Shown here piece after piece: positions 30,761 to 40,813 of a stretch of DNA of 64,000 nt. Source of the stretch: an uncultured Phocaeicola sp. (GTDB lineage: Bacteria > Bacteroidota > Bacteroidia > Bacteroidales > Bacteroidaceae); the NCBI GenBank assembly GCA_948566455.1, contig CAOYQO010000003.1, positions 48,709 through 112,708 on the forward strand, given 5' to 3'. The notes beneath the pieces are model-generated. The model worked only from the letters and a program-made list of their open reading frames with translations. It did no database searches and had not been told where the DNA came from. The position numbers and the translations under genes were made by a program. Position 1 is the stretch's first letter; each line of letters starts with the position of its first letter.

Positions 30761-32224
30761 ATGAAAAACAAGAATCTAGTATTATTATTCCTTCTTCTGA
30801 TGGTGGAAGGAGGGCTGCTTTCGGCAGCAGCACAGAGCAAATCGTCGGTTTATAAGCCTTGGAGTCATGGACAACTGAAAGTAAGTAAAGAGAACCGTTA
30901 TCTGATGAATGCGGACGGAACTCCCTTTTTCTGGTTGGGAGATACGGGATGGCTGTTGCCCGAGAAACTGAATAGAGATGAGGCTGCTTATTATCTGGAA
31001 CATTGTCGTCAGGCAGGTTTCAATGTGGTGCAGGTACAGACTATAAATGGAGTTCCTGCCATGAATTTCTATGGCCAGTATTCCATGATAGATGGTTTCA
31101 ATTTTAAGAATATAGACAGAAAAGGAGTTTACGGGTATTGGGATCACATGGATTATATTATTCAGAAAGCTGAGCAGAACGGCATTTACATAGCGATGGT
31201 ATGTATCTGGGGAGGGCTTGTGCGCTCCGGAAAGATGAATGTTGAAGAGGCCAAAGCGTATGGTAGATTTTTAGGTGAACGATATAAAGATGCCCCTAAT
31301 ATTATTTGGGTAATCGGTGGAGATACTTATGCTGACCGAAATACTGAGATTTGGGAGGCGTTGGCGAATAGTATTCTTGCTGTGGACGAGAATCATATAA
31401 TGACCTTTCATCCGTTTGGTCGTACATCCAGTGCTACCCATCTGAATAATAAGGAGTGGATGGATATGAATATGTTCCAAAGTGGACACAGGCGTTATGG
31501 CCAGAAAAAAGGAGATGGTGATACTTCTGTTACGGGATTGGAGGAAGACAATTGGCGTTATGTAGAAGAGGCTTTGTCCATGACTCCACTGAAGCCTGTT
31601 CTGGATGCAGAACCCAGTTATGAAGGTATTCCTCAGGGATTGCATGATCCTGCCCAGCCACGCTGGCGTGACTGTGATGTGAGACGCTATGGATATTGGT
31701 CTGTTTTTGCGGGCTCTTGCGGACATACATACGGACATAATAATATCATGCAGTTCTTGAAACCGGGTACACCTGGTGGGTATGGAGCTGATGGAATAGA
31801 GAAACCTTGGTATAAAGCAATGCAGGATCCCGGCTTCAATCAGATGAAATATCTGAAGAATCTGATGTTAACTTTCCCTTATTTTGAACGTGTACCGGAT
31901 CAAAGTGTAATTGCCGGTACGAATGGGAATCGTTATGACAGAGCCATTGCGACTCGCGGAAAGGATTATTTGTTAGTATACAATTACTCCGGAAATCCGA
32001 TGTCTGTTGACTTGACTAAAATCAGTGGCGCAAAAAAGAAAGTATGGTGGTATAGTCCTAAAGATGGAAAACTTTCTTTTATAGGAGAATTTGATAGTAA
32101 AATTACTCCCTTTACCTATGACGGCAGTTATAATCGGGATAATGACCAGGTATTAATTGCTATAGATTCAAGCAAGAATTATATTTCTACCGAATGGCTG
32201 GAACTTCCTATGGTAAATCAATAG
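30761..32224 (+). CDS. GH140 apiosidase-like protein (DUF4038 plus C-terminal beta domain)
   Basis: DGTPFFWLGDTGW, NIIWVIGGD, MFQSGH, KPVLDAEPSYE, GHTYGH, WWYSPKDG; signal peptide; start could be 30749. Confidence 0.82.
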   Translation: MKNKNLVLLFLLLMVEGGLLSAAAQSKSSVYKPWSHGQLKVSKENRYLMNADGTPFFWLGDTGWLLPEKLNRDEAAYYLEHCRQAGFNVVQVQTINGVPAMNFYGQYSMIDGFNFKNIDRKGVYGYWDHMDYIIQKAEQNGIYIAMVCIWGGLVRSGKMNVEEAKAYGRFLGERYKDAPNIIWVIGGDTYADRNTEIWEALANSILAVDENHIMTFHPFGRTSSATHLNNKEWMDMNMFQSGHRRYGQKKGDGDTSVTGLEEDNWRYVEEALSMTPLKPVLDAEPSYEGIPQGLHDPAQPRWRDCDVRRYGYWSVFAGSCGHTYGHNNIMQFLKPGTPGGYGADGIEKPWYKAMQDPGFNQMKYLKNLMLTFPYFERVPDQSVIAGTNGNRYDRAIATRGKDYLLVYNYSGNPMSVDLTKISGAKKKVWWYSPKDGKLSFIGEFDSKITPFTYDGSYNRDNDQVLIAIDSSKNYISTEWLELPMVNQ

Positions 32225-32320
32225 CATTTTTAAGGAATACAGCCAAAAAGTCTTATTAAGTCTTAATGAAACGGGAAAAGTCAATGCGGAAATTGTAATT
32301 TTGAAAAAACACATTTACAA

Positions 32321-33061
32321 ATGAAACGCATTGGCTTGTTCTTATTCTTTTGTATTCTTTCCTTGCATGGCATAGCTCAGGTTGAAAATGACAAGGATAC
32401 GCTCATCATCCGGCAAGATAAAATCAATGAGTTTATCAATGAGATGAATGAGGCTGATAAAAGTATGGATTTTATAAACGAACCTCCTACGTTGACACCT
32501 CCCGTTTTATCTGATACATTGCGGATGCCAAAATTTGATTTTACTTCCCGTGAAGAAATGCCTAAGATATCCCCTTATACTTTTTCCGGAAATCCTTTCG
32601 GACATGATTATATAGATGGACGTGCTTATCAGATTAATAGTACAGGGATTCTGAGTGGTTATCATTCCTTTCAAGGGTTGCCTTCTATAGGTGAGGCACG
32701 TAATGCCGGAGTGATGTACACACAGCGTCTCAATGATTTTATAACCGTGACGGGAGGAGTATATGCTGCTAAATACAATGTATATGGAGTCCGCTTTAAT
32801 GATTTAGGTGCTAAGGGAAAGTTGTCTTTTCGCATTAATGACAGAATGAAGATCAATATGTTCGGCACATACTCGGTGTATAACGGATATGGTATGACTC
32901 CCGCTTCACAGCTTTTTATGAACCAGAATTCATACGGAGGCACTTTGGAATTTAAAATATCGGATAGTTTCGGAATTGAAGCGGGAGCAGAGAGGGAATT
33001 TAATCCGATGACCCGTAAATGGGAAACCCATCCTATTATTATGCCGGTATTCTATAAATAA
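32321..33061 (+). CDS. Hypothetical secreted/outer membrane protein
   Basis: 246 aa, signal peptide, alternating beta-strand pattern in the C-terminal half; TAATTTTG at 32296-32303. Confidence 0.7.
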   Translation: MKRIGLFLFFCILSLHGIAQVENDKDTLIIRQDKINEFINEMNEADKSMDFINEPPTLTPPVLSDTLRMPKFDFTSREEMPKISPYTFSGNPFGHDYIDGRAYQINSTGILSGYHSFQGLPSIGEARNAGVMYTQRLNDFITVTGGVYAAKYNVYGVRFNDLGAKGKLSFRINDRMKINMFGTYSVYNGYGMTPASQLFMNQNSYGGTLEFKISDSFGIEAGAEREFNPMTRKWETHPIIMPVFYK

Positions 33062-33082
33062 TAATTTGTGTATCTTTACGGC

Positions 33083-36000
33083 ATGAATGAAGAGATAGAA
33101 GAGTATTACGAAGAGTTATACAGGCTTTATATAGATGAAAACCAGCCATTGGAACGCCGTTACAGGCAATTGCGTGAATCATTGGAGCGTGTGGTGCGTG
33201 AAAAGATACAAGGGAATAGTTTGCAGACCACTGATTTGGCCGCCCGTATTAATTATGTAGCCACTCAATATGGGCTGGATCTGAAAGAACAGAATCAGTT
33301 ACATACCTTTCGTCTGACTTCCAATGATATTTTGAACCATCGTAAGTCTCCTGTAAAAGAAGAGTTCCTGTGTGATTTGCGTGCAGTGGCATACGCATAT
33401 AGGAAGATGTTTGCACAGGATATTCCATTGAAGTTGTTCTCAGTTCTTCCCAAGCAGGAAATAGCATCTTCAGGGAAAAAAGAAAAGATGGAATACATCC
33501 GCCGCATCCGTGTATGCTTTGATTATGCCGATGATACCTATTTGTATGTACATCCTGTAGATGTAACAGCCGATGAACCTATACGGGTGGTTTATAATAA
33601 ACCCGGTATAAATCATGAATTTGAAGAAACCATAAAGGAACTTTGGCGATATGCCCAGCTTAATCTGCTGGATGTTTCTGTAGATAGGGATGGAATTTAT
33701 ACCCCTTCTTTTATCGTATTGGAACCGGATTATTTGATAGATATCAGCTCACTGGCGGAATGTTACAAGGATTATGGCAGCCATCCGGCAAACTATTTTT
33801 TGAGCCGGCTGGTGCCGATTGATAATGCCCGCCCTTTGCTGTTGGGAAATATAGCCAATCTGTTCCTGGATGAATGGATACATGCAGGTGAGGAGGAGCC
33901 GGACTATATAGACTGTATGAAGAAGGCATTCCGGCAGTATCCCATTGAACTGGCTGCTTGTGCCGAACTTCGTGATCCGTCCAAAGAGAAAGAGTTTGCC
34001 AAGGATTGCCGGATGCATTTTGAGCATATACGGGACGTTGTACAACACACTTTTTTGGAGCCAGGGTATAATCTGGATAAAAAGGAGGCTGTGCTGGAAC
34101 CGTCCTATATTTGCGAGGCGTTGGGCATTCAGGGACGTCTGGACTATATGCAGCGGGATATGAGCAGCTTTATAGAAATGAAATCGGGCAAAGCGGATGA
34201 ATTCTCCATGCAGGGAAAAGTGGAACCCAAGGAAAATAATAAGGTTCAGATGCTGCTATATATGGCAGTGTTGGAATATAGCATGGGACAGGACCGGCGG
34301 CGTATGCATCCCTATTTGCTTTATACCCGTTATCCTTTATTGTATCCGGCCAGAGCATCGTGGGCTCAGGTAAGGCGGGTTATCAATTTGCGTAACCGTA
34401 TTGTTGCTGCCGAGTATGGGGTACAATTCCATAATCATCCTGATTTTACACGCAACTTGTTGGCACAAATCAATCCGGAGGTGGTGAATGAAAGAAAACT
34501 GAGCGGCAGATTCTGGGAACAGTATTTGAAGCCCTCTATCTCGCGTTTCCGGGAGAAGCTGTCGGCGTTGGAACCTTTGGAGCAGGCCTATTTTTATACG
34601 CTTTATAATTTCATTACAAAAGAACTTTATACCTCCAAATCGGGAGATGTGGATTATGAAGGACGTGCAGGGGCTTCAGCTCTTTGGCTGAGTACACTGG
34701 ATGAGAAACGTGAGGCGGGAGAGATATTATATGATTTGCAGATAATGGAAAATAGGGCATCACAGGCTCATAAGGCTTATATACTTTTGTCTATTCCGCA
34801 ATATGATGAAATGTTTCTTCCCAATTTCCGTACAGGAGATGTGGTTGTGTTGTATGAGCGTAATAATGACTTGGATAATGCGACCAATAAAATGGTTTTT
34901 AAGGGTAATATTGAGCAGATTACAGATACAGAATTGCGTATTCGTTTACGTGCTACCCAACGTAATGCTTCCGTTTTTTCTCCGGACAGTCGTTATGCTG
35001 TAGAACATGATACGATGGATACTACATTTCGCAGTATGTATTTGGGACTCTCCGCTTTTCTGGATGCGAATACGGAAAGACGGGAATTATTGCTGGGACA
35101 ACGGCCTCCCCGCTTTGATTCGTCTTTTGATGAAGCTATAGCGCTGACCGGTGATGATTTTGAGAGGGTGGCGTTGAAAGCTGAGTCGGCCCGTGATTAT
35201 TTTCTTCTGGTGGGACCTCCCGGAACAGGAAAGACTTCGAGGGCGTTGCGTAGAATGGTGGAACATTTCTATGCAGCATCATCTATGCAGATATTGTTAC
35301 TGGCTTATACCAACCGGGCTGTTGATGAAATTTGTCAGTCACTGTCCTCTATCACCCCCTGTATAGATTATATACGGGTGGGAAGTGAGCTTTCCTGTGA
35401 TGTACGTTTTAGAGGACATCTGTTGGAGAATATATTGGCGGAATGTAACAGTAGGAGAGAGGTGAATATCCGTATGGCAGATTGCAGAGTATATGTTGGA
35501 ACCGTGGCCTCTATTGCGGCTAAAGCTGAACTTTTTAAATTAAAACGTTTTGATGTAGCCATAGTGGATGAAGCCACCCAAATATTAGAACCCCAATTGT
35601 TGGGTATTCTGTGTGCCAAGTTTGCCGATGAAAGAAATGCAGTGGGTAAATTTATCCTGATAGGTGATCATAAACAGTTGCCTGCCGTTATTTTGCAGAA
35701 TAGCGGACATTCTGAAGTGCATGATGAGGGACTTAGGGAAGCCGGACTTTTTAATTTAAAAGATTCTCTGTTTGAGCGGCTTTATCGTTTTCATTTAAAA
35801 GAAGAATCTCCTAAAGCGATAGATATGCTTTGCCGTCAGGGGCGTATGCATCCGGGAGTGGCTTTTTTTCCCAATAAAGCATTTTATGCCGGAAAATTGG
35901 AGGCTTTGGGATTACCTCATCAGTTGGAGCACATAGAGGCTCCGGTACGTTTTATCCCTTCGAAGCAAGATTTGGAGAGCGTTTCCGGAAAAACAAACAG

Positions 36001-36409
36001 ATATGAGGCACAGATTGTCGCCGGTTTAGCCAAAGAGGTGTATCTGGCTCATGAAGAGGAATTTGATCCGAATCGAACGTTAGGGGTCATTACTCCTTAT
36101 CGAAGTCAGATTGCTTTGATACGTAAAGAGCTTCAGGCATTGGCTATTCCTGCTTTGAGTAGGATTTCCATTGACACTGTGGAACGGTATCAGGGCAGCG
36201 AACGTGATGTCATTATTTATTCTTTTTGTGTGAATCACCTCTATCAATTAAGGTTTCTGCCCAACCTGACAGAAGAGGACGGTGTACAGATTGACCGTAA
36301 GCTGAATGTCGCTTTAACGCGTGCACGCAAGCAGCTTTTTATCACAGGAGTCCCTGAAATATTAAGTCATAATTCTATCTATCAATATCTTCTGAAAACT
36401 ATTTATTAG
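33083..36409 (+). CDS. Dna2-like nuclease-helicase (PD-(D/E)xK domain plus UPF1-like SF1 helicase)
   Basis: GRLD...IEMKSGK and QMLLY; GPPGTGKT, DEATQ, GDHKQLP, ITPYRSQ, TVERYQGSERD, NVALTRAR. Confidence 0.88.
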   Translation: MNEEIEEYYEELYRLYIDENQPLERRYRQLRESLERVVREKIQGNSLQTTDLAARINYVATQYGLDLKEQNQLHTFRLTSNDILNHRKSPVKEEFLCDLRAVAYAYRKMFAQDIPLKLFSVLPKQEIASSGKKEKMEYIRRIRVCFDYADDTYLYVHPVDVTADEPIRVVYNKPGINHEFEETIKELWRYAQLNLLDVSVDRDGIYTPSFIVLEPDYLIDISSLAECYKDYGSHPANYFLSRLVPIDNARPLLLGNIANLFLDEWIHAGEEEPDYIDCMKKAFRQYPIELAACAELRDPSKEKEFAKDCRMHFEHIRDVVQHTFLEPGYNLDKKEAVLEPSYICEALGIQGRLDYMQRDMSSFIEMKSGKADEFSMQGKVEPKENNKVQMLLYMAVLEYSMGQDRRRMHPYLLYTRYPLLYPARASWAQVRRVINLRNRIVAAEYGVQFHNHPDFTRNLLAQINPEVVNERKLSGRFWEQYLKPSISRFREKLSALEPLEQAYFYTLYNFITKELYTSKSGDVDYEGRAGASALWLSTLDEKREAGEILYDLQIMENRASQAHKAYILLSIPQYDEMFLPNFRTGDVVVLYERNNDLDNATNKMVFKGNIEQITDTELRIRLRATQRNASVFSPDSRYAVEHDTMDTTFRSMYLGLSAFLDANTERRELLLGQRPPRFDSSFDEAIALTGDDFERVALKAESARDYFLLVGPPGTGKTSRALRRMVEHFYAASSMQILLLAYTNRAVDEICQSLSSITPCIDYIRVGSELSCDVRFRGHLLENILAECNSRREVNIRMADCRVYVGTVASIAAKAELFKLKRFDVAIVDEATQILEPQLLGILCAKFADERNAVGKFILIGDHKQLPAVILQNSGHSEVHDEGLREAGLFNLKDSLFERLYRFHLKEESPKAIDMLCRQGRMHPGVAFFPNKAFYAGKLEALGLPHQLEHIEAPVRFIPSKQDLESVSGKTNRYEAQIVAGLAKEVYLAHEEEFDPNRTLGVITPYRSQIALIRKELQALAIPALSRISIDTVERYQGSERDVIIYSFCVNHLYQLRFLPNLTEEDGVQIDRKLNVALTRARKQLFITGVPEILSHNSIYQYLLKTIY

Positions 36410-36419
36410 GGAAAAAAAT

Positions 36420-36451
36420 ACCACAGGCTACTTAGGTGTGTAGTCTGTGGT
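36420..36451. terminator. Terminator between convergent helicase and MFS genes
   Basis: ACCACAGGCTAC / GTAGTCTGTGGT stem with an adjacent A-run (U-tract on the minus strand). Confidence 0.7.
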
Positions 36452-36462
36452 GAATTCTTTAA

Positions 36463-37938
36463 TTAGGCATCAACCGGTTTGTATTTGGGGACCAATGCTT
36501 TCATGATAATCCAACCAACCAAATAAGCTACGGCACATACACAGAATATGATGAAGTAGCCGGCAGGTTTTCCTTCGAATCCCATAAAAGTCATATTCGT
36601 TTCTGCTGCATAGTCAAACAGTCTGCCAGATCCCATATTAATACAGAATGAACCTATACCACCTGCCATACCACCAATACCTACGATAGTAGCGATGGTG
36701 CTTTTGGGGAACATATCACCTACTACAGAATAAATATTGGCAGACCATGATTGGTGTGCAGCACCTGCAATACCGATAATAATGATAGGATACCAATATG
36801 AATAATTGCCTAAAGGTTGGGCAAACAATGCCAGCAGTGGGAACAAGGCAAAGATAAGCATAGCCTGCATACGGGCTGCATATGGATTCTTACCTGTTTT
36901 ATTAATGATAATAGTAGGTAACTTACCACCATAAATAGATAACATGGTAATAGCATATAATACGAAAATCAACATTTGTGCGGTACCCGTATCTGAAGCG
37001 AAACCGTATACATCCGAAATATATGCCGGAGTCCAGAACAGGAAGAACCACCATACGCCATCAGTCATGAACTTACCGACAAATACAGCCCATGTTTGGG
37101 GAAATTTGAAACATTGCAAGAATGAAATCTTCTTGTTGTCGAAGTCGTTGGCAGCAGCTTGTTGTTCTGCTGATTCTTCAGGATTGTTGTTGTCTTGTTC
37201 GATATATTCCAGTTCGGCAGCATTCACGCGAGGGTTGACATTGGGTTTCTTATAGAGGAACATCCAAAGTCCCATCCAAATGAATCCTAAACCACCGATA
37301 ACGATGAAAGCCATTTCCCATCCGTTGCCCACACCAATACTTTGGAAATAACGTGCCAAAGGAGGAATAGTGATCGGAGCGGCTAAAGCACCTACTGTAG
37401 AACCTGCATTAAAGATGGAAGTGGAATATGCACGGTCCTTTTTCGGAAAATATTCGGCTGTTACCTTAATAGCTGCTGGGAAGTTTCCTGCCTCACCTAC
37501 ACCTAATACGATTCGGGCAGCGATAAAGTAATAAACGCTGGTAATAGCGATAGTTGAAGCGACGGCTCCTGTTGCAGAAAGCATCTCTTCTGCGTTATGA
37601 ATACCTAATGTTTCTTCGGTTGCCCAACCGCACAATGCATGAAGACAAGCTCCTAAGGACCAGACAAAGATAGCCCAGAGATAACCTTTTTTAGTTCCCA
37701 TCCAGTCAATGAAACGACCGGCGAACAGGTTGGCAATGGCATACACTATAGAGAAAATAGCTGTGATATCTCCGTAATTCGAATCCGTCCAGTGAAATTC
37801 CGGAGCAATGAAGTCTTTCCAGGTTAGTGAAAGCACCTGACGGTCGAGGTAATTGACTGTAGTGGCAAAGAATAGCAGACCACAGATTATCCATCTGAAG
37901 TTTGTCATCTTCTCACCTACTTTTTGAAATGTACTCAT
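36463..37938 (-). CDS. exuT: Hexuronate MFS transporter (ExuT-like)
   Basis: RWIICGLLFFATTVNYLDRQ, GEAGNFPAAIK, FPKKDRA, AAHQSWSAN; start 37938 lies downstream of TATTTTTG at 37974-37981. Confidence 0.85.
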   Translation of the reverse strand: MSTFQKVGEKMTNFRWIICGLLFFATTVNYLDRQVLSLTWKDFIAPEFHWTDSNYGDITAIFSIVYAIANLFAGRFIDWMGTKKGYLWAIFVWSLGACLHALCGWATEETLGIHNAEEMLSATGAVASTIAITSVYYFIAARIVLGVGEAGNFPAAIKVTAEYFPKKDRAYSTSIFNAGSTVGALAAPITIPPLARYFQSIGVGNGWEMAFIVIGGLGFIWMGLWMFLYKKPNVNPRVNAAELEYIEQDNNNPEESAEQQAAANDFDNKKISFLQCFKFPQTWAVFVGKFMTDGVWWFFLFWTPAYISDVYGFASDTGTAQMLIFVLYAITMLSIYGGKLPTIIINKTGKNPYAARMQAMLIFALFPLLALFAQPLGNYSYWYPIIIIGIAGAAHQSWSANIYSVVGDMFPKSTIATIVGIGGMAGGIGSFCINMGSGRLFDYAAETNMTFMGFEGKPAGYFIIFCVCAVAYLVGWIIMKALVPKYKPVDA

Positions 37939-38062
37939 GATAATAGATTTAATTATGTTTTTCTTATTAGACGCAAAAATAACCATTCTGTACCTATTCT
38001 CTATGCAAAAATTGGTGGAAAGCCTGTATAAATCGGTACAATGGTAAGATTTCTAAAAAAAA

Positions 38063-38122
38063 TCATTCTGAATGTCGCAAAAAAACTGAAAACGAGTTGA
38101 TTTCTTGCAACATTCAGAATGA
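38063..38122 (-). terminator. Long stem-loop after kduI
   Basis: TCATTCTGAATGTCGCAA / TTGCAACATTCAGAATGA (17/18), followed by a T-run on the minus strand. Confidence 0.65.
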
Positions 38123-38157
38123 CAAGAGTTAATGAGTAATGGTGTGTACCATTCTAC

Positions 38158-39114
38158 TTATCTCATATCTGTGTATTTTATTTCATCCTTGTCACTGTAT
38201 TTCAGGTTTTCACCTCCCATACCCCAAATAAAGGTATAGTTGCTGGTACCTGCAGCGGCATGGATAGACCATTCGGGAGAAGTGATAGCTTGTTCATTGT
38301 GTAACCATACCAGACGCTCTTCTTGCGGTTCGCCCATCAGGTGGCAAATGGCATTTCCTTCAGGCAGGTTGAAATAGAAGTAGGCTTCCATACGACGGGT
38401 ATGTGTATGGGCCGGCATGGTGTTCCATACAGAACCCGGAGCCAGTTCAGTAAGTCCCATCTGTAATTGGTTTGTACCACCGTTTTTCACTCTTTCCAAT
38501 ACATCTTTTACAATTAACTGGTTTACAATACGGTCGTTGCTATCTTCCATTTTTCCATAATGATCTGAGATAGCTAAAGCATACTGTTTAGGATTTGCTT
38601 TTTGAAGCTTGGCGTCGGTAGTGATCAATTGAGTAACGTATGGCTTGTAAGCCGGTGCCGAATTGATATAGAATTTAGCCGGTTTGGCAGCGTCATTACT
38701 TTTAAAAGTAACTTCTTTATTCCCGCAACCTACATAGAGGGCTTCCTTGTATTTCATAGGATATTCTTTACCGTCTACAGTAACTACGCCATCACCGCCT
38801 ACATTGATGACTCCTAGTTCACGCCGTTCAAGGAAGTAAGTGATTTCCGGACCCAGTTCACGGAAAGTTTCCAGCTTCAAAATTTTGTTTACCGGCATAG
38901 CTCCTCCGTAAATAAGACGGTCGTAAAGGGTGTATGTAACATTGATCTCATCCGGCGCCATCACCTTTTCCATCATAAATGAACTACGCAGACGTTCTGT
39001 ATCATAGTGTTTCACATCTTGCGGATGGCAAGCGGTCTGTACTTTGTAATTTACTTGAGCTGAAGCTGCCAAGGCAGAAACACTCAGCATCATTGCAATC
39101 GCTAATTTTTTCAT
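38158..39114 (-). CDS. kduI: 5-dehydro-4-deoxy-D-glucuronate isomerase with N-terminal signal-peptide-like extension
   Basis: [63 protein letters not shown]; start could be 39120. Confidence 0.92.
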   Translation of the reverse strand: MKKLAIAMMLSVSALAASAQVNYKVQTACHPQDVKHYDTERLRSSFMMEKVMAPDEINVTYTLYDRLIYGGAMPVNKILKLETFRELGPEITYFLERRELGVINVGGDGVVTVDGKEYPMKYKEALYVGCGNKEVTFKSNDAAKPAKFYINSAPAYKPYVTQLITTDAKLQKANPKQYALAISDHYGKMEDSNDRIVNQLIVKDVLERVKNGGTNQLQMGLTELAPGSVWNTMPAHTHTRRMEAYFYFNLPEGNAICHLMGEPQEERLVWLHNEQAITSPEWSIHAAAGTSNYTFIWGMGGENLKYSDKDEIKYTDMR

Positions 39115-39132
39115 AATCATTATCTTTAAATT

Positions 39133-40524
39133 TTAATTTTTCATTGTTTTCTGGTATTTAATGATAGAACGACGGTTCAGCACCATTAAGAATAGTGTTA
39201 TCAGTACTAAAATTCCGGAACCAATCCATTTGAATGAATAAGTCAAATGGAAAATAGCCCATGAGAAAGGACTTGAAGCAAAATCCAACGCACCACCTTC
39301 AAAACCAGACGGGATGTTTACGGCAGCATCTTGTGTCTTGGCGTATACATCATGTGCTGCTTTGGTGAAATAAGGAGCCAGATCTGTTACAAAATACAGA
39401 CCGATGGCCAGCACAACAAAACCAATGATGAAAGTCTTTACTACATTTCCTTTTGTGATAGGTAATATCAATGGGAATACATAGAACATGCCAGCTAATG
39501 AAGCCAATGGTAAGAATTCATTGCCCGGAAGCACCACTGCCAATAAGATAGTAACAGGGATTAATAGTAATGATACAACCAACGTGGCCGGATGTCCGAT
39601 CACCAAGGCAGGACTCATACCGATATTTAAGCCTACAGCACCCTTAAACTTCTTGGCGATCAGTTCGCGGGTAGCGTCCGAAATGGGTTTCAACCCTTCG
39701 ATGAACAGGCTGGTAATACGGGGAATCAACTCCATTACCGCTCCCATCTTGATACCTAAACCTAGAATATAAGGAATCTTGTCTACTATTTCTTGTCCGT
39801 TCTTGCAAGATAATGCACCGATGCCACATCCTACCAGGATACCCAAGAAGAGAGGTTCGCCTAATAAACCGAATTTCTTTTTCATACCTTCCGCATCAAT
39901 GTTCAGCTTTTCAAATCCGGGAATTTTGTCCAATACCTTATTTATAATGAGAGCGAATGGTACGAAACCTGCACAGAAGGGCTGCGGAATAGAAATACCT
40001 TCCATTTTATCATAGAAACCTTGAAATTTGTCTGCTGTGTAATCTGCTAAGATTAATGTGATGATATAACAGATAACAGCTGCGAAGAATCCCCACAAAA
40101 TACTATCTGTTGCAAAATAAACTACGGCTCCGATAAAAGCAAAATGCCAATAGTTCCATAAATCAATGTTAACCGTACGGGTGGTTTTAGTCAATAACAT
40201 TAAGATGTTAACGGCCAGACATACCGGAATAATGAATGCCCCTACGGAAGTGTTATAAGCTACGGCTGCAGCAGCAGGCCATCCCATATCGAATACTTTC
40301 AGTTGCAGGCCATATATTTCGACCACTTTGCTTAAGGCCGGACCCAGACTGCTGGTCAGAAGTGCGGTAACCACTGATAGACCAACGAAACCAACACCTA
40401 CCAACAAACCGCTTTTTAATGCTTTGCTGAATTTGATTCCGATACAAACGCCTAAGATTGTAAAAATTATAGGCATCATCACCGCTGCTCCTAAACCGAT
40501 GATATAACTAAAAACTTGTTCCAT
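39133..40524 (-). CDS. PTS galactitol-family IIC (GatC-like) membrane permease, orphan
   Basis: GAAVMMPII, DMGWP, NIDLWNYWH, EGLKPIS, LPGNEFLP; start ATG 40524; TATTTTTG at 40587-40594. Confidence 0.85.
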   Translation of the reverse strand: MEQVFSYIIGLGAAVMMPIIFTILGVCIGIKFSKALKSGLLVGVGFVGLSVVTALLTSSLGPALSKVVEIYGLQLKVFDMGWPAAAAVAYNTSVGAFIIPVCLAVNILMLLTKTTRTVNIDLWNYWHFAFIGAVVYFATDSILWGFFAAVICYIITLILADYTADKFQGFYDKMEGISIPQPFCAGFVPFALIINKVLDKIPGFEKLNIDAEGMKKKFGLLGEPLFLGILVGCGIGALSCKNGQEIVDKIPYILGLGIKMGAVMELIPRITSLFIEGLKPISDATRELIAKKFKGAVGLNIGMSPALVIGHPATLVVSLLLIPVTILLAVVLPGNEFLPLASLAGMFYVFPLILPITKGNVVKTFIIGFVVLAIGLYFVTDLAPYFTKAAHDVYAKTQDAAVNIPSGFEGGALDFASSPFSWAIFHLTYSFKWIGSGILVLITLFLMVLNRRSIIKYQKTMKN

Positions 40525-40675
40525 TCTCTTGTGAATTAATAGTAAATGACTGTGTTTTCTACAATAGTATAAATTAAAAACTGCCCCAAAAATAAAACCT
40601 TTTCTCAACTTATCAAACCTGAAAGACATAATAATTAGTAAAAAGACAATTTTTGAACGATTTTTATCGTTATCG

Positions 40676-40770
40676 TGCACAAAAATAACCGTTTTCGCAC
40701 ACGAATACCAAATAATACACTTAGTAGGTTGAAAAGTGCACACTGCTTTTCGAGGAAAATACTACTTTTG
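40676..40770 (+). promoter_or_regulatory. GH105 promoter with about 21-bp-spaced (T/C)RCAC direct repeats and -7 box
   Basis: TGCAC/CGCAC/TACAC/TGCAC at 40676, 40696, 40716, 40737; TACTTTTG at 40763-40770. Confidence 0.5.
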
Positions 40771-40813
40771 TTTCATAAAATAAATAGGTCTAATACTAAA
40801 AATAAATGTCTTC

